In this document: positions 55,519 to 64,000 of the stretch, piece by piece
How positions within the stretch are numbered: position 1 is the stretch's first letter
Layout: the number at the start of each line of letters is the position of its first letter
NCBI GenBank assembly: GCA_963677595.1
Contig: OY782041.1
Location: forward strand, 1,664,001-1,728,000
Direction: 5' to 3'
DNA: 64,000 nt
Source of the DNA: Spirochaetia bacterium
GTDB taxonomy: Bacteria > Spirochaetota > Spirochaetia > CAKZLE01
Notes under the pieces: generated by a model
What the model was told of the DNA's origin: nothing
What the model saw: only the letters and a program-made list of their open reading frames with translations
Database searches by the model: none
Position numbers and translations under genes: made by a program

Positions 55519-56700
55519 GTGTTTACTAATGACGATATCAGATTGGATGTGCTGAAAGACCGGGCTTTCAATATGAGGTGGGCAGAGGTGGAAGATGGGG
55601 TGATCCCATTGACAGCGGCAGATTCTGATTTCCCTGCCGCTCCGGAGATCTCCCAGGCCCTGATAGAATATATCCAAGGCGGATACTTCCCCTACGTTCC
55701 CAACCGGGGATTAAAGGAATTCAGGGAAAGCATATCCCGTGCATTGGCAAAGAAATTCGAGCAGGTCCTGCCGGAGCTGATCCTCCCGATCGACAGTGCT
55801 GCCCGTGGCATGGATGTCATCGCCCATACCATCCTGCAGCCGGGTGATGAGGCGATCGTCTTCGATCCTGTGGATTTCCTATTCAAGACGTCCATGGAGA
55901 ATGCAGGAGCGAAGATCGTACTCTATCCGATGCAGTTCAATGAGCATGGGAACATAGATTTCTCCAGGCTGAGAGAATACATAACCCCTAAGACGAAGAT
56001 GCTGGGACTCTGCAACCCGCACAACCCCCTGGGAAAGACGTATCCACTTGAAGATCTGGATTATCTGTTGGGACTGTCTGAGGAGTTTGGGTTCTATATC
56101 ATGAATGATGAGATCTGGTCAGATATCATCTATTCTGACAGCAAGTTTACCAGCATCCTGGCATTGGGCCCTGAACGGAACAAGAGGACGATCTCTGTAT
56201 ACGGGTTCTCGAAAGGGTACGGTATCGCCGGGCTGCGTGCCGGCTGTGTGTACTGCCAGGATGAACAGCTCTTTGAGCGGATCGTCAAGACTTCTGATGT
56301 AGAGAAGACGATCGGGGGGATCTCCTCCCTGTCACAGATCGCCGGGATCGCCTGTCTGGAGAGATGTTCTGACTGGGTGAAGGGGTTCGTGAGCCGGCTG
56401 CAGAAGAACCGGGATTATGCGGTAAAACGCTTGAATGCTATTCCCGGTGTTCGATGCAATGATCCAGAAGCTACCTTCGTGCTCTTCCCTGATATAACCC
56501 AAACAGGGAGATCAGCCGGAGAGTTGGTGGATTATCTGCGGGAGAAGAAAAAGGTATCTATTGTTCCAGGGGGGGCAAGATTCTTTGGTCCAGGATCCGA
56601 AGGGCATGTAAGAATATGTCTTGCTACCAGTATCGAGGTATTACGTGAAGCCTTGGACAGGATCGAGGAGGGCATTCACGAGTTACAAGACCAGAATTAA
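55519..56700 (+). CDS. MalY/PatB-like PLP enzyme (class I/II aminotransferase or C-S lyase); ORF track starts at 55498
   Basis: 'IPLTAADSDF', 'LCNPHNPLG', 'DEIW', 'GFSKGYGIAGLR'; RBS GGAGG before GTG 55519. Confidence 0.85.
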   Translation: MFTNDDIRLDVLKDRAFNMRWAEVEDGVIPLTAADSDFPAAPEISQALIEYIQGGYFPYVPNRGLKEFRESISRALAKKFEQVLPELILPIDSAARGMDVIAHTILQPGDEAIVFDPVDFLFKTSMENAGAKIVLYPMQFNEHGNIDFSRLREYITPKTKMLGLCNPHNPLGKTYPLEDLDYLLGLSEEFGFYIMNDEIWSDIIYSDSKFTSILALGPERNKRTISVYGFSKGYGIAGLRAGCVYCQDEQLFERIVKTSDVEKTIGGISSLSQIAGIACLERCSDWVKGFVSRLQKNRDYAVKRLNAIPGVRCNDPEATFVLFPDITQTGRSAGELVDYLREKKKVSIVPGGARFFGPGSEGHVRICLATSIEVLREALDRIEEGIHELQDQN

Positions 56701-56722
56701 CTAATCATTGGGAGGTTGAATT

Positions 56723-58105
56723 ATGGGGATCACGTTTTTGATTATCGGGCTGTTCTTCTGTGGTTTGATACTGATCGGGTATCTATCATCCAAGAAGAAC
56801 AAGAATGCAGAAGATTATTTTGTTGCCGGGCGGAAACTGAATAAATGGACTGCTGCCAATACGATGGCAGCAACGGCAATAGGCTCCGGTACGACAATCG
56901 GGGTCTGTACCTTAGCCTATAATTCCGGTATCGCTGCCAGTTGGATCCTGATCGGGTATTCGTTAGGATTCGTCCTTATTGCCATTTTGATCGGGAAGAA
57001 GATCTACAATCTTAATGTTCTGACATTAACGGATGTGATCGGCAGCAAGTATAACCAGACAGTCAGGAACCTGACCACCATCCTCGTACTGATCTCCTAT
57101 GTAGGAATCGCCTGTGCGCAGTTCATCGCATTGGGACACATCGTATCGGTATTGCTGGGGATGGATTTCAAGCTTGCGGTAGTCCTCTGCGGGGTCATCA
57201 TCATCATCTATACGACGATGGGCGGGTTGAATGCCCTGTCTATAACAGACTCCTATCAGTTGATCATCAACCTGTTCGGCATCATGGTCATCCTCCCTAT
57301 ATTCGGGTTTACCGCCACGCATGGATTCTCAGATATCGTTGCATCTGTTCCAGAGGGTTTCTTCAATATGGGTAACTTCGGTTTGGCAACGACGATAGGG
57401 TTCTTCAGCTGGATCATTCCTCAAGCTTTTCTCTCACAGGAGTTATGGGTGAGGATCTTTGCCTGCAAGAATGAGAAATTAGCGGTAGAATCTACGGTGA
57501 TCGCCTCTGTGGGTATATATCTCCCCTATGCGGTAAGTGTCGTATCTGTCGGCCTGATCGCAGCGACCATACTCCCAGCAGGTTTGGAAGGGGATTCTGT
57601 TCTGCCTACCCTGATCGCTAAACTTGGGAATCCTGTCATAGAGGGCCTCCTGTTGGCCGGCCTGATTGCTGCTGTCATGTCATGTGCAGATTCAGTCCTG
57701 CTAGTTTCATCATCCAACCTTGTGCATGATTTCTGGGGCAAGACCTTGGGGAAGACCGTAAAGAACGATCTGAGGGCTTCCAGGATCGGTGTGGTCATCA
57801 TTGGCGTGTTAGGTATCATCCTGGCAATGTATGCACAGAACATCATATCCATCATGCAGATGATGGCAACTCCATTCGTGGGAGCGATCTTCCCCATCGT
57901 CCTGGCGATGTTCTTCTGGAAGAAAGTTACTAACACAGGTGCCGTGGTAACGATCATTGCTGCATTGGTCATGGCAGTATTGTTCTATATCATTAAGATC
58001 GATATCCTTGGGTTGGACCCGAGTTTCATCACTGTCGTAGTCTGTTCCGCAATATTGATCATTGTCAGCCTGGCAACGCAGAATAAATCAGTGGAGGTGG
58101 CATGA
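56723..58105 (+). CDS. Sodium:solute symporter family protein
   Basis: 'EDYFVAGR', 'YTTMGGL...TD', 'AAVMSCADS'; many TM segments. Confidence 0.92.
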   Translation: MGITFLIIGLFFCGLILIGYLSSKKNKNAEDYFVAGRKLNKWTAANTMAATAIGSGTTIGVCTLAYNSGIAASWILIGYSLGFVLIAILIGKKIYNLNVLTLTDVIGSKYNQTVRNLTTILVLISYVGIACAQFIALGHIVSVLLGMDFKLAVVLCGVIIIIYTTMGGLNALSITDSYQLIINLFGIMVILPIFGFTATHGFSDIVASVPEGFFNMGNFGLATTIGFFSWIIPQAFLSQELWVRIFACKNEKLAVESTVIASVGIYLPYAVSVVSVGLIAATILPAGLEGDSVLPTLIAKLGNPVIEGLLLAGLIAAVMSCADSVLLVSSSNLVHDFWGKTLGKTVKNDLRASRIGVVIIGVLGIILAMYAQNIISIMQMMATPFVGAIFPIVLAMFFWKKVTNTGAVVTIIAALVMAVLFYIIKIDILGLDPSFITVVVCSAILIIVSLATQNKSVEVA

Positions 58106-58206
58106 TGGACGCATTATCAATAATCATTATAGCGATGGGTATCATTGTATCCACATTTGTGACAGTTAACTTCATCCTTGAACATACCAAAAAGAAAAAG
58201 GACTGA
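58102..58206 (+). CDS. 34-aa single-TM small protein (absent from the ORF track)
   Basis: RBS GGAGGT; ATGA overlap with the symporter stop; MMDALSIIIIAMGIIVSTFVTVNFILEHTKKKKD. Confidence 0.65.
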   Translation: MMDALSIIIIAMGIIVSTFVTVNFILEHTKKKKD

Positions 58207-58303
58207 TCAGCAGGTAACCAGTCATATTGAGAAGACGAAAAGCTTTGTATTGTTTTTCGTCTTCTCTTTGTATAAAGTATACCTATAAAGAGGATACACG
58301 AAT

Positions 58304-58978
58304 ATGACCCCAAATACCGTAAAAGTCCAATTCACGATCATCGATACCATGATCATCAATTCCTATAAATCTGTTGTTGATGGATTGGCTGAATATATGG
58401 GAAAGAATTATGAACTTGTCCTTCATTCGCTGGACAATCTGGAGAATTCGGTTGTCTATATCAAGAACGGGTTTCATACAGGGAGGGCGATCGGCGCACC
58501 AATCACGAATATGGCATTGGAGATGCTCTCAAAGATCGATAAGACTTCGACCAATGACATTACCTATTTCACCAAGAACAAGAATGGTGAACCAGTGAAA
58601 TCAACGACTATTGCTATCCGAGGGGAGAAGAACAGGATCATCGGGCTGCTGTGTATCAATTTCTTCCTGAATACCCCGTTCCTCGATGTGATATCTGATT
58701 TCTATGATGCTGACTCCATACCCAGTACTGATAAGCATAGATTCATGTATGAGTCATTCTCTGATGACCCGACCCAGATAATCATGAAGGCAATAAAAGA
58801 TTCTATTGAAGAAGCGGATTCGAGAGAAGAGGTCTCTACGACCCAGAGAAACAAAGTGATCATCTCTCTCCTGGTCGAGAAGAACATCTTCAAGCTGAAA
58901 GATGCCGTAGTGATTGTTGCTAAAGAGCTGAAGATCAGCAAGAATACCGTCTATACCCACCTTCGCTCACTGGAATAA
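58304..58978 (+). CDS. YheO/DauR-like PAS-HTH regulator
   Basis: 'ELVLHSL..LENSV..I.NG.HTGR.IGAP.T', 'IGLLCIN', 'ISKNTVY.HL'. Confidence 0.9.
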   Translation: MTPNTVKVQFTIIDTMIINSYKSVVDGLAEYMGKNYELVLHSLDNLENSVVYIKNGFHTGRAIGAPITNMALEMLSKIDKTSTNDITYFTKNKNGEPVKSTTIAIRGEKNRIIGLLCINFFLNTPFLDVISDFYDADSIPSTDKHRFMYESFSDDPTQIIMKAIKDSIEEADSREEVSTTQRNKVIISLLVEKNIFKLKDAVVIVAKELKISKNTVYTHLRSLE

Positions 58979-59018
58979 GCAGGAACCAGGCATCTGTCCC
59001 ATTACGACAGTACTCCTG

Positions 59019-60749
59019 CTACTCTTTCTTCCTTCCCTGTCTCCGCATGTTCTCCACTGCTAATGAGAAGTTTATGGGGGTGCTCTCTTTCTGCCACTCA
59101 GACCAGAAGTCTATGGTTGCGCTCAGGGGTTTCTCAACAGGTGGATGGATGCGGATCCTGCTTGGCAGCAGGACTGCGTCCCCAATGACCATTGCCTCCC
59201 CGATATCCATGACCGGGAGCACATCGAGCATCTTCTTGAAGTTCTCCGGCATCAGCTTCCTGACAGTCGATTGGTCGGTCCCGTTGGTGAGGCGCAAGGT
59301 TATGACATTGTTGCACTGGCTCAAAATGGTAGTACTCACATCCGACGGGCGCTGGCTGACGATCACGAGGGAGACGCCGTACTTCCTTCCCTCTTTGGCG
59401 ATCTTCTCGAATGCCTCGACAGCCCGCTGGGTTACTGGGTTCTGACCCTGTTTCTTCGGGAGATAGAGATGGGCCTCGTCACAGACCATGGCGATGGGAT
59501 TACGGTCCTTCGGGTCGGTCCAGAACTGGACCTGGTAGATTATCCTCGCTGTCAGGCCGACGATGATCGACAGGATGTCAGAGGGGACCTCGGAGAAATC
59601 GATGCATTTGATGTTCGAGTTCTCCTTGGAGAAATCCATCATCTTATGAATGATCTCCGCCATGGCCTGATACGTATGGAGGGGGGGCGGATACTTGAAG
59701 AGGAACCCATACCTGCGGTCCTGGACCTTTGCCTGTATCCTTGTGAGAAAGCGGCTGAACTGTCCGTTGAAGTCCCCTTTCTTCGGTCCCCGTGTTCCCA
59801 GAACCATCTCCTCATTGAGATCCGTGATCTCAGCTATGACCTCCTCTATCGAGAAGGGGATCGGGCTGTTCAGGGTGAAGTTCTTCACCATGTCCTGCTT
59901 GTCATGCACTATGAGGAATCTCTCTTTGGCTCTCAGGACCTTCTCCTGGAAGACGGCAACCTGGTTCTGGGCGCTGTGTTCGGACTGGTCGACGAACATG
60001 GAGAGGAGTTCTTCCGCATTCAGCAGCCAGTAGGGCAGGTAGAGAATATTCTCTTCATTCGAACCGAGTTCTTCCGGTCCGGGGATATGGAGGCTCTTCA
60101 CATAACTGAGGTCCTTGTATTCTCCATGGAGGTCGAACACCACGATGTTAGTCGAGGGGAGCTCTGCCGTCTTCTCGAGGATGGAGGTCACAGCCCATGA
60201 CTTGCCGGAACCGGTACTGCCCAGGAGGGCGGCATGTCTCTGGAACAACTTGTTCCCGTCAATATAGGCGGTCGCATCACGTGCCATTGAGTATGTCCCA
60301 AAGGCAAGTGAGTTATCATTCTTCCCCGCCTGGACGAGGAGGTTGAAGAATGAGGAGAGGGGTTCCCCCTGCAGTATGTAACAGCTCGAATCGATGATCG
60401 GGACCTGGTCGATAGATCGGGAGAATACGGGGTGCCCGCTGCCCCCTGATTCCCTGATCGTCCCGACCGGGGTCAGGATGACCCGGTTGGCGACCTCCTC
60501 GCTCGTGGGGTCTCTCTCTTCATTCTCCCCTGCGGGAGACAGGTTTGCCAGGGAAGCAGATTTTATGACCTTATCGATCATCACGATCATCCAGTTCCCT
60601 GGGGATGTAAGCTCGACTGCGGCAAGCTGCCCTACCTGGGCTTTCTTCAGATGCTCATCTGAGCTGACATGGAGAATGATCTGGCTGTTCTCGATCTCCC
60701 TGGCATTCCCCAGAGAGTGTTCACCTTCATTGAACTGGAAGATATGCAT
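59019..60749 (-). CDS. herA: HerA/FtsK-like ATPase (DUF87); ORF track starts at 60800
   Basis: Walker A 'GSTGSGKS', 'FDLHGEY', Walker B 'CDEAH', 'KEGRKYG', 'SQRP'; RBS GGAGG before ATG 60749. Confidence 0.88.
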   Translation of the reverse strand: MHIFQFNEGEHSLGNAREIENSQIILHVSSDEHLKKAQVGQLAAVELTSPGNWMIVMIDKVIKSASLANLSPAGENEERDPTSEEVANRVILTPVGTIRESGGSGHPVFSRSIDQVPIIDSSCYILQGEPLSSFFNLLVQAGKNDNSLAFGTYSMARDATAYIDGNKLFQRHAALLGSTGSGKSWAVTSILEKTAELPSTNIVVFDLHGEYKDLSYVKSLHIPGPEELGSNEENILYLPYWLLNAEELLSMFVDQSEHSAQNQVAVFQEKVLRAKERFLIVHDKQDMVKNFTLNSPIPFSIEEVIAEITDLNEEMVLGTRGPKKGDFNGQFSRFLTRIQAKVQDRRYGFLFKYPPPLHTYQAMAEIIHKMMDFSKENSNIKCIDFSEVPSDILSIIVGLTARIIYQVQFWTDPKDRNPIAMVCDEAHLYLPKKQGQNPVTQRAVEAFEKIAKEGRKYGVSLVIVSQRPSDVSTTILSQCNNVITLRLTNGTDQSTVRKLMPENFKKMLDVLPVMDIGEAMVIGDAVLLPSRIRIHPPVEKPLSATIDFWSEWQKESTPINFSLAVENMRRQGRKKE

Positions 60750-60936
60750 GACCTCCTCCTTCAAGAGACAGGACTCTTTACTATTCCCCGCACTGAACAA
60801 TTTACCAATGGAAAGGGAAGACCACAGTAATGTTACGGTTGCCGCTCTCTCTTATGAGTGTTAGTATAACATTATTCCCTGTGTAATGGGGAAAAACCCT
60901 GATTGGCCTACCGGTTGCTGCAGGAAGGACATACCT

Positions 60937-61626
60937 ATGGTTACTATGATCCTGTTGATCCTGATCTTCTTCTTTTTGAGTCTAAGCGGGAGTGTGCTGT
61001 GGTTCTCGATCATGCTCAGTATCACGATCATGATCCCCTTTTTCAGGTTGGCAATCAGGTCCCATAGGTCAAGGAAGAACCCATTCTCCTCAAGAAAGAG
61101 GAGAAGCTATCGAAAACCGAAATCTCCTGCCTCCCCCGGCAGGAAGATAGTGACCCCTGCGGCAAAAGGAGTTGATCCAGCATCGATCGTTATTCCAGCC
61201 CTCCATGCATTGGAAGGTGCTGTTGACAGACACCATGATGCGGACCTGCCGCTGCAGGCTGGCAACAGGGCTCCGTATACCCATTCCCAGGATGCTTTGT
61301 CTCAACGGTTGGTCAAGGCTGAAGAAGCACAGAGGCGGTTAGCGGCCTGTACAAGGATCCTGCCTGTCTCGGCACATGAAGCTGTTAATCCTTCGCAGGG
61401 GGAACGGTATCATGCGGATCAGGTCGAGGTAACAAGGATACTGGCATACTATGGGGGCAGCCACCATGTGCTCTCAGAAGAGTTCAAAGACAGCATAGAA
61501 TACATGAGGGCCACGATACCCCAGATTACAACCGGCAGTGACTATGAGGATCGGGATGACTACAAGCGGTTCGAGCAGATGGAAGAGGCGGTTGGGAGAC
61601 TGCTGGGAATCCATGATGCATGGTAG
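60937..61626 (+). CDS. Hypothetical membrane-anchored protein
   Basis: Two N-terminal hydrophobic segments followed by a basic linker; no family recognised. Confidence 0.55.
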   Translation: MVTMILLILIFFFLSLSGSVLWFSIMLSITIMIPFFRLAIRSHRSRKNPFSSRKRRSYRKPKSPASPGRKIVTPAAKGVDPASIVIPALHALEGAVDRHHDADLPLQAGNRAPYTHSQDALSQRLVKAEEAQRRLAACTRILPVSAHEAVNPSQGERYHADQVEVTRILAYYGGSHHVLSEEFKDSIEYMRATIPQITTGSDYEDRDDYKRFEQMEEAVGRLLGIHDAW

Positions 61627-61703
61627 GGCCCTGTACAGAACCTCTGTACGACAGTATAATTAGCATATGTAATAAAACAAGATCTCTAAAAGGGAGTTCA
61701 TGT

Positions 61704-62639
61704 ATGTATGCACACCTATTCGGTCCGGTGCCTTCAAGGCGGCTGGGTATGTCCCTGGGAGTCGATCTCGTACCCAGGAAGACCTGTTCCCTGGACTGCG
61801 TCTACTGCGAGGTAGGTGAGACGACTGCCTTAACCGTGGAGAGGAAGGAGTATGTTCCCTTCGAGGAGGTTCGCCACGAGCTCTCCTCCTATTTCAGCAG
61901 TACTGCTGTACTCCCTGATTTTATCACGTTCTCAGGCTCCGGTGAACCGACGCTCAACAGTTCGTTAGGCAGGATCATCTCATTCATCAGGGAGATACAG
62001 CCCGGGATCCCCCTGGCTGTCCTCACCAACGGGACCCTGCTCTCTGACCGGGAGGTACGGACAGAGCTCCTCGATACCGATGTGGTGCTGCCCTCATTGG
62101 ATGCCGTCACACAGGATGTGTTCGAAGCCGTGAACCGGCCAGAATGCTCACTCGATGTCGAACGGCATTTACAGGGACTGGTAGAATTCAGGAAGGAGTA
62201 TGCAGGCAGGATCTTCCTGGAAGTCTTCATCCTCCCCGGCTGGAATGACAGGTTAGAGCATATCATGCGAATGAAGGATGCGATCAGGAGCATCAAGCCT
62301 GACAAGGTGCAGCTCAATACGCTGGACAGGCCCGGAGCCCTCCGGGACCTGCGTGCTGCAACAAAAGAGGAACTGGAAGGAATCATCACCCTGCTCGATT
62401 ACCCGGGAACGGAGATCATCGCTGATGTCGGGGAGCGGAAGGACCTGGTCTCCTACCGAGAGGATGCCGAGTCGGCAATCCTGGGGACCATAGCCAGGAG
62501 GCCCTGTACGGTCGATGACCTCACGAAGATCCTGGGGATGCATGTGAACGAGATCAACAAGTACCTGGATGTCCTGGAGTCCGACGGCCGCATCGAGGTC
62601 GTGCGGCAGGAGAGGGGATACTTCTACCGGACAACCTGA
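61704..62639 (+). CDS. Radical SAM protein with a C-terminal HTH-like tail
   Basis: 'GPVPSRRLG.SLG', CxxxCxxC 'CSLDCVYC', 'FSGSGEPTL'. Confidence 0.9.
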   Translation: MYAHLFGPVPSRRLGMSLGVDLVPRKTCSLDCVYCEVGETTALTVERKEYVPFEEVRHELSSYFSSTAVLPDFITFSGSGEPTLNSSLGRIISFIREIQPGIPLAVLTNGTLLSDREVRTELLDTDVVLPSLDAVTQDVFEAVNRPECSLDVERHLQGLVEFRKEYAGRIFLEVFILPGWNDRLEHIMRMKDAIRSIKPDKVQLNTLDRPGALRDLRAATKEELEGIITLLDYPGTEIIADVGERKDLVSYREDAESAILGTIARRPCTVDDLTKILGMHVNEINKYLDVLESDGRIEVVRQERGYFYRTT

Positions 62640-62678
62640 GATGCAGGCCCCTACTGAGGAGAAAAATTATTTTTATAT

Positions 62679-62733
62679 TTGACAAGTGGGAAAAACCAGT
62701 GTATCCTGATTCAGGATATGGAAACGATTCCAC
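62679..62733 (+). promoter_or_regulatory. Promoter and LacI-type operator O1
   Basis: TTGACA-17 bp-TATCCT, then TATGGAAACGATTCCA (62717-62732). Confidence 0.75.
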
Positions 62734-62753
62734 AAAAAGGATATTGTCACTAG

Positions 62754-63764
62754 ATGAAACCAACTATAAAAGATGTTGCAAAAAAAGCAGGCGTCTCAAT
62801 AAGTACCGCAAGTAGAGTTCTGAACCAAAGTGGGTATGCTTCAGAAATAACACGGAAGAAAGTGTTAGATGCTGCAAGTGAAGTTTCATTTAATGCTAAT
62901 TATTTTGCGCGAGGATTAAAGGGGAAGAACCCTGGTATTATAGGGCTTATTAATAAAGATCAATTGCATCCCTTCTTTTCTATCGTTTCGCATGGAATTG
63001 AACAGGAAGCAAGGTTGCATGATCTAGGTGTCATGTCTGTATGTTCAGAAGCAAACAGCAAAATCGAGAGAACATGCATAGATATGTTATTAGACCGGAA
63101 TGTTAATCAAATGATATTTGCAACAGTAACAGATATAGAGAATATTACCTATGCACAGAATCTAGGAGTTCATTGCATATTGATTGAACGTGATCTCGGT
63201 TATTCTAATGCTGATCGAGTACTCTACAACAATCTTGGAGCTGGTGAATTAATAGCTAATATCTTTTATGAGAAGCAATACTCACGTATCGGTTTCGTGG
63301 GAATGGACACTCAGATTGGCAGCATAGAACATGATAGATATTTGGGATTCAAAGAACGGTTAAAGAATCTTGGAATTCCATTATCCGAAGATTGGGATGC
63401 CCATAATTGTTCCTTTTACAGTGCTGAAGCCGGATATACTGCTTGTGAAGGCATTTTAAATAGCAAGGTGGGAGGCTTACCGGAAGCTCTCATGGTGGGT
63501 AGTGATTTCTTGTTAGTTGGTGTTCTTGACTACTTATCTGATCATGGGATATCAGTCCCTGAAGATATATCTCTTATTTCTGCTGATAATTTTTATACTG
63601 AGATTATGCAGCCAAGGATAGATAGCATTGATTATTCTCTTTCAGAACTTGGGAAAGAGGCTATAGGGTTAGTTGAACAAAGGGCTGCATCTTCTGGAAG
63701 TACATCAGTCTTCCGAACGGTAGTTATTAATCCAAGTTATGTTGAAAGATCTTCATTACGATAA
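62754..63764 (+). CDS. LacI-family transcriptional regulator
   Basis: 'PTIKDVAKKAGVSISTASRVLN', 'SVPEDISLI'. Confidence 0.95.
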   Translation: MKPTIKDVAKKAGVSISTASRVLNQSGYASEITRKKVLDAASEVSFNANYFARGLKGKNPGIIGLINKDQLHPFFSIVSHGIEQEARLHDLGVMSVCSEANSKIERTCIDMLLDRNVNQMIFATVTDIENITYAQNLGVHCILIERDLGYSNADRVLYNNLGAGELIANIFYEKQYSRIGFVGMDTQIGSIEHDRYLGFKERLKNLGIPLSEDWDAHNCSFYSAEAGYTACEGILNSKVGGLPEALMVGSDFLLVGVLDYLSDHGISVPEDISLISADNFYTEIMQPRIDSIDYSLSELGKEAIGLVEQRAASSGSTSVFRTVVINPSYVERSSLR

Positions 63765-63784
63765 TGAAGAAAAATATTAGTTAT

Positions 63785-63806
63785 AATATGGAAACGATTC
63801 CATATT
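63785..63806 (+). promoter_or_regulatory. LacI-type operator O2
   Basis: AATATGGAAACGATTCCATATT; same 16-mer as O1, overlapping TATAAT at 63782. Confidence 0.8.
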
Positions 63807-63830
63807 TTATAGATTCTAAGGAGGAAAAGA

Positions 63831-64000
63831 ATGAAGAAATGTGTATCTATTTTTCTACTGCTGGCGATTACTACAATGGTTTTTGCTGGTGGTGCGCAGG
63901 AAACACAAGAAAAATCAGTTACGTTCTGGATGCAAGCGTACGGAGATCGTGCTGAGCAGGTAGCTGCAATGGATACTATTGCAGAAAATTTCAAAGCTGA
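63831..64000 (+). CDS. ABC substrate-binding protein, 5' part (runs off the window)
   Basis: RBS AAGGAGG; MKKCVSIFLLLAITTMVFAGGAQETQEKSVTFW... Confidence 0.8.
   Translation, partial: MKKCVSIFLLLAITTMVFAGGAQETQEKSVTFWMQAYGDRAEQVAAMDTIAENFKA

Noticed and set aside
59145-60200. 351-aa plus-strand ORF and similar long antisense ORFs (e.g. 9402..10160, 11892..12704, 51261..51986)
   Set aside because: Shadow frames of well-supported GC-rich genes on the opposite strand
29516-60749. Sir2-HerA two-gene defence system
   Set aside because: The genes are about 26 kb apart, on opposite strands and of different GC; the sirtuin is the long Dsr1 type

Overview
Bacterial accessory region. The host is probably Spirochaetota; this is inferred only from the 'FAGGQQE/ANGQKE/AQGQSE'-type leaders of the solute-binding proteins. 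From left to right: the tail of an IS110 element; a six-gene chaperone-usher (Csu/SCPU-like) pilus cluster divergent from a large secreted GH114/PelA-like hydrolase; a TRAP + split-transketolase + transaldolase catabolic operon; and tRNA-Val(GAC). After the tRNA lies a low-GC anti-phage island (small membrane protein, DUF262, HEPN, Dsr1-like sirtuin). It has been hit by IS200, an IS1634 nested inside another copy of itself, IS66 and ISAzo13, and the empty sites can be rebuilt from target duplications and reading frames. Next come a second split-transketolase/isomerase/LarA ABC operon, a ROK/aminotransferase ABC operon, an AKR-RidA fusion, a third IS1634 copy, a RidA/PLP-enzyme/symporter operon with an unlisted 34-aa membrane protein, an orphan HerA ATPase, a radical SAM gene and the start of a LacI-controlled ABC locus. 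No CRISPR array or rRNA was seen. Family assignments come from motif recognition by eye, not from database searches.
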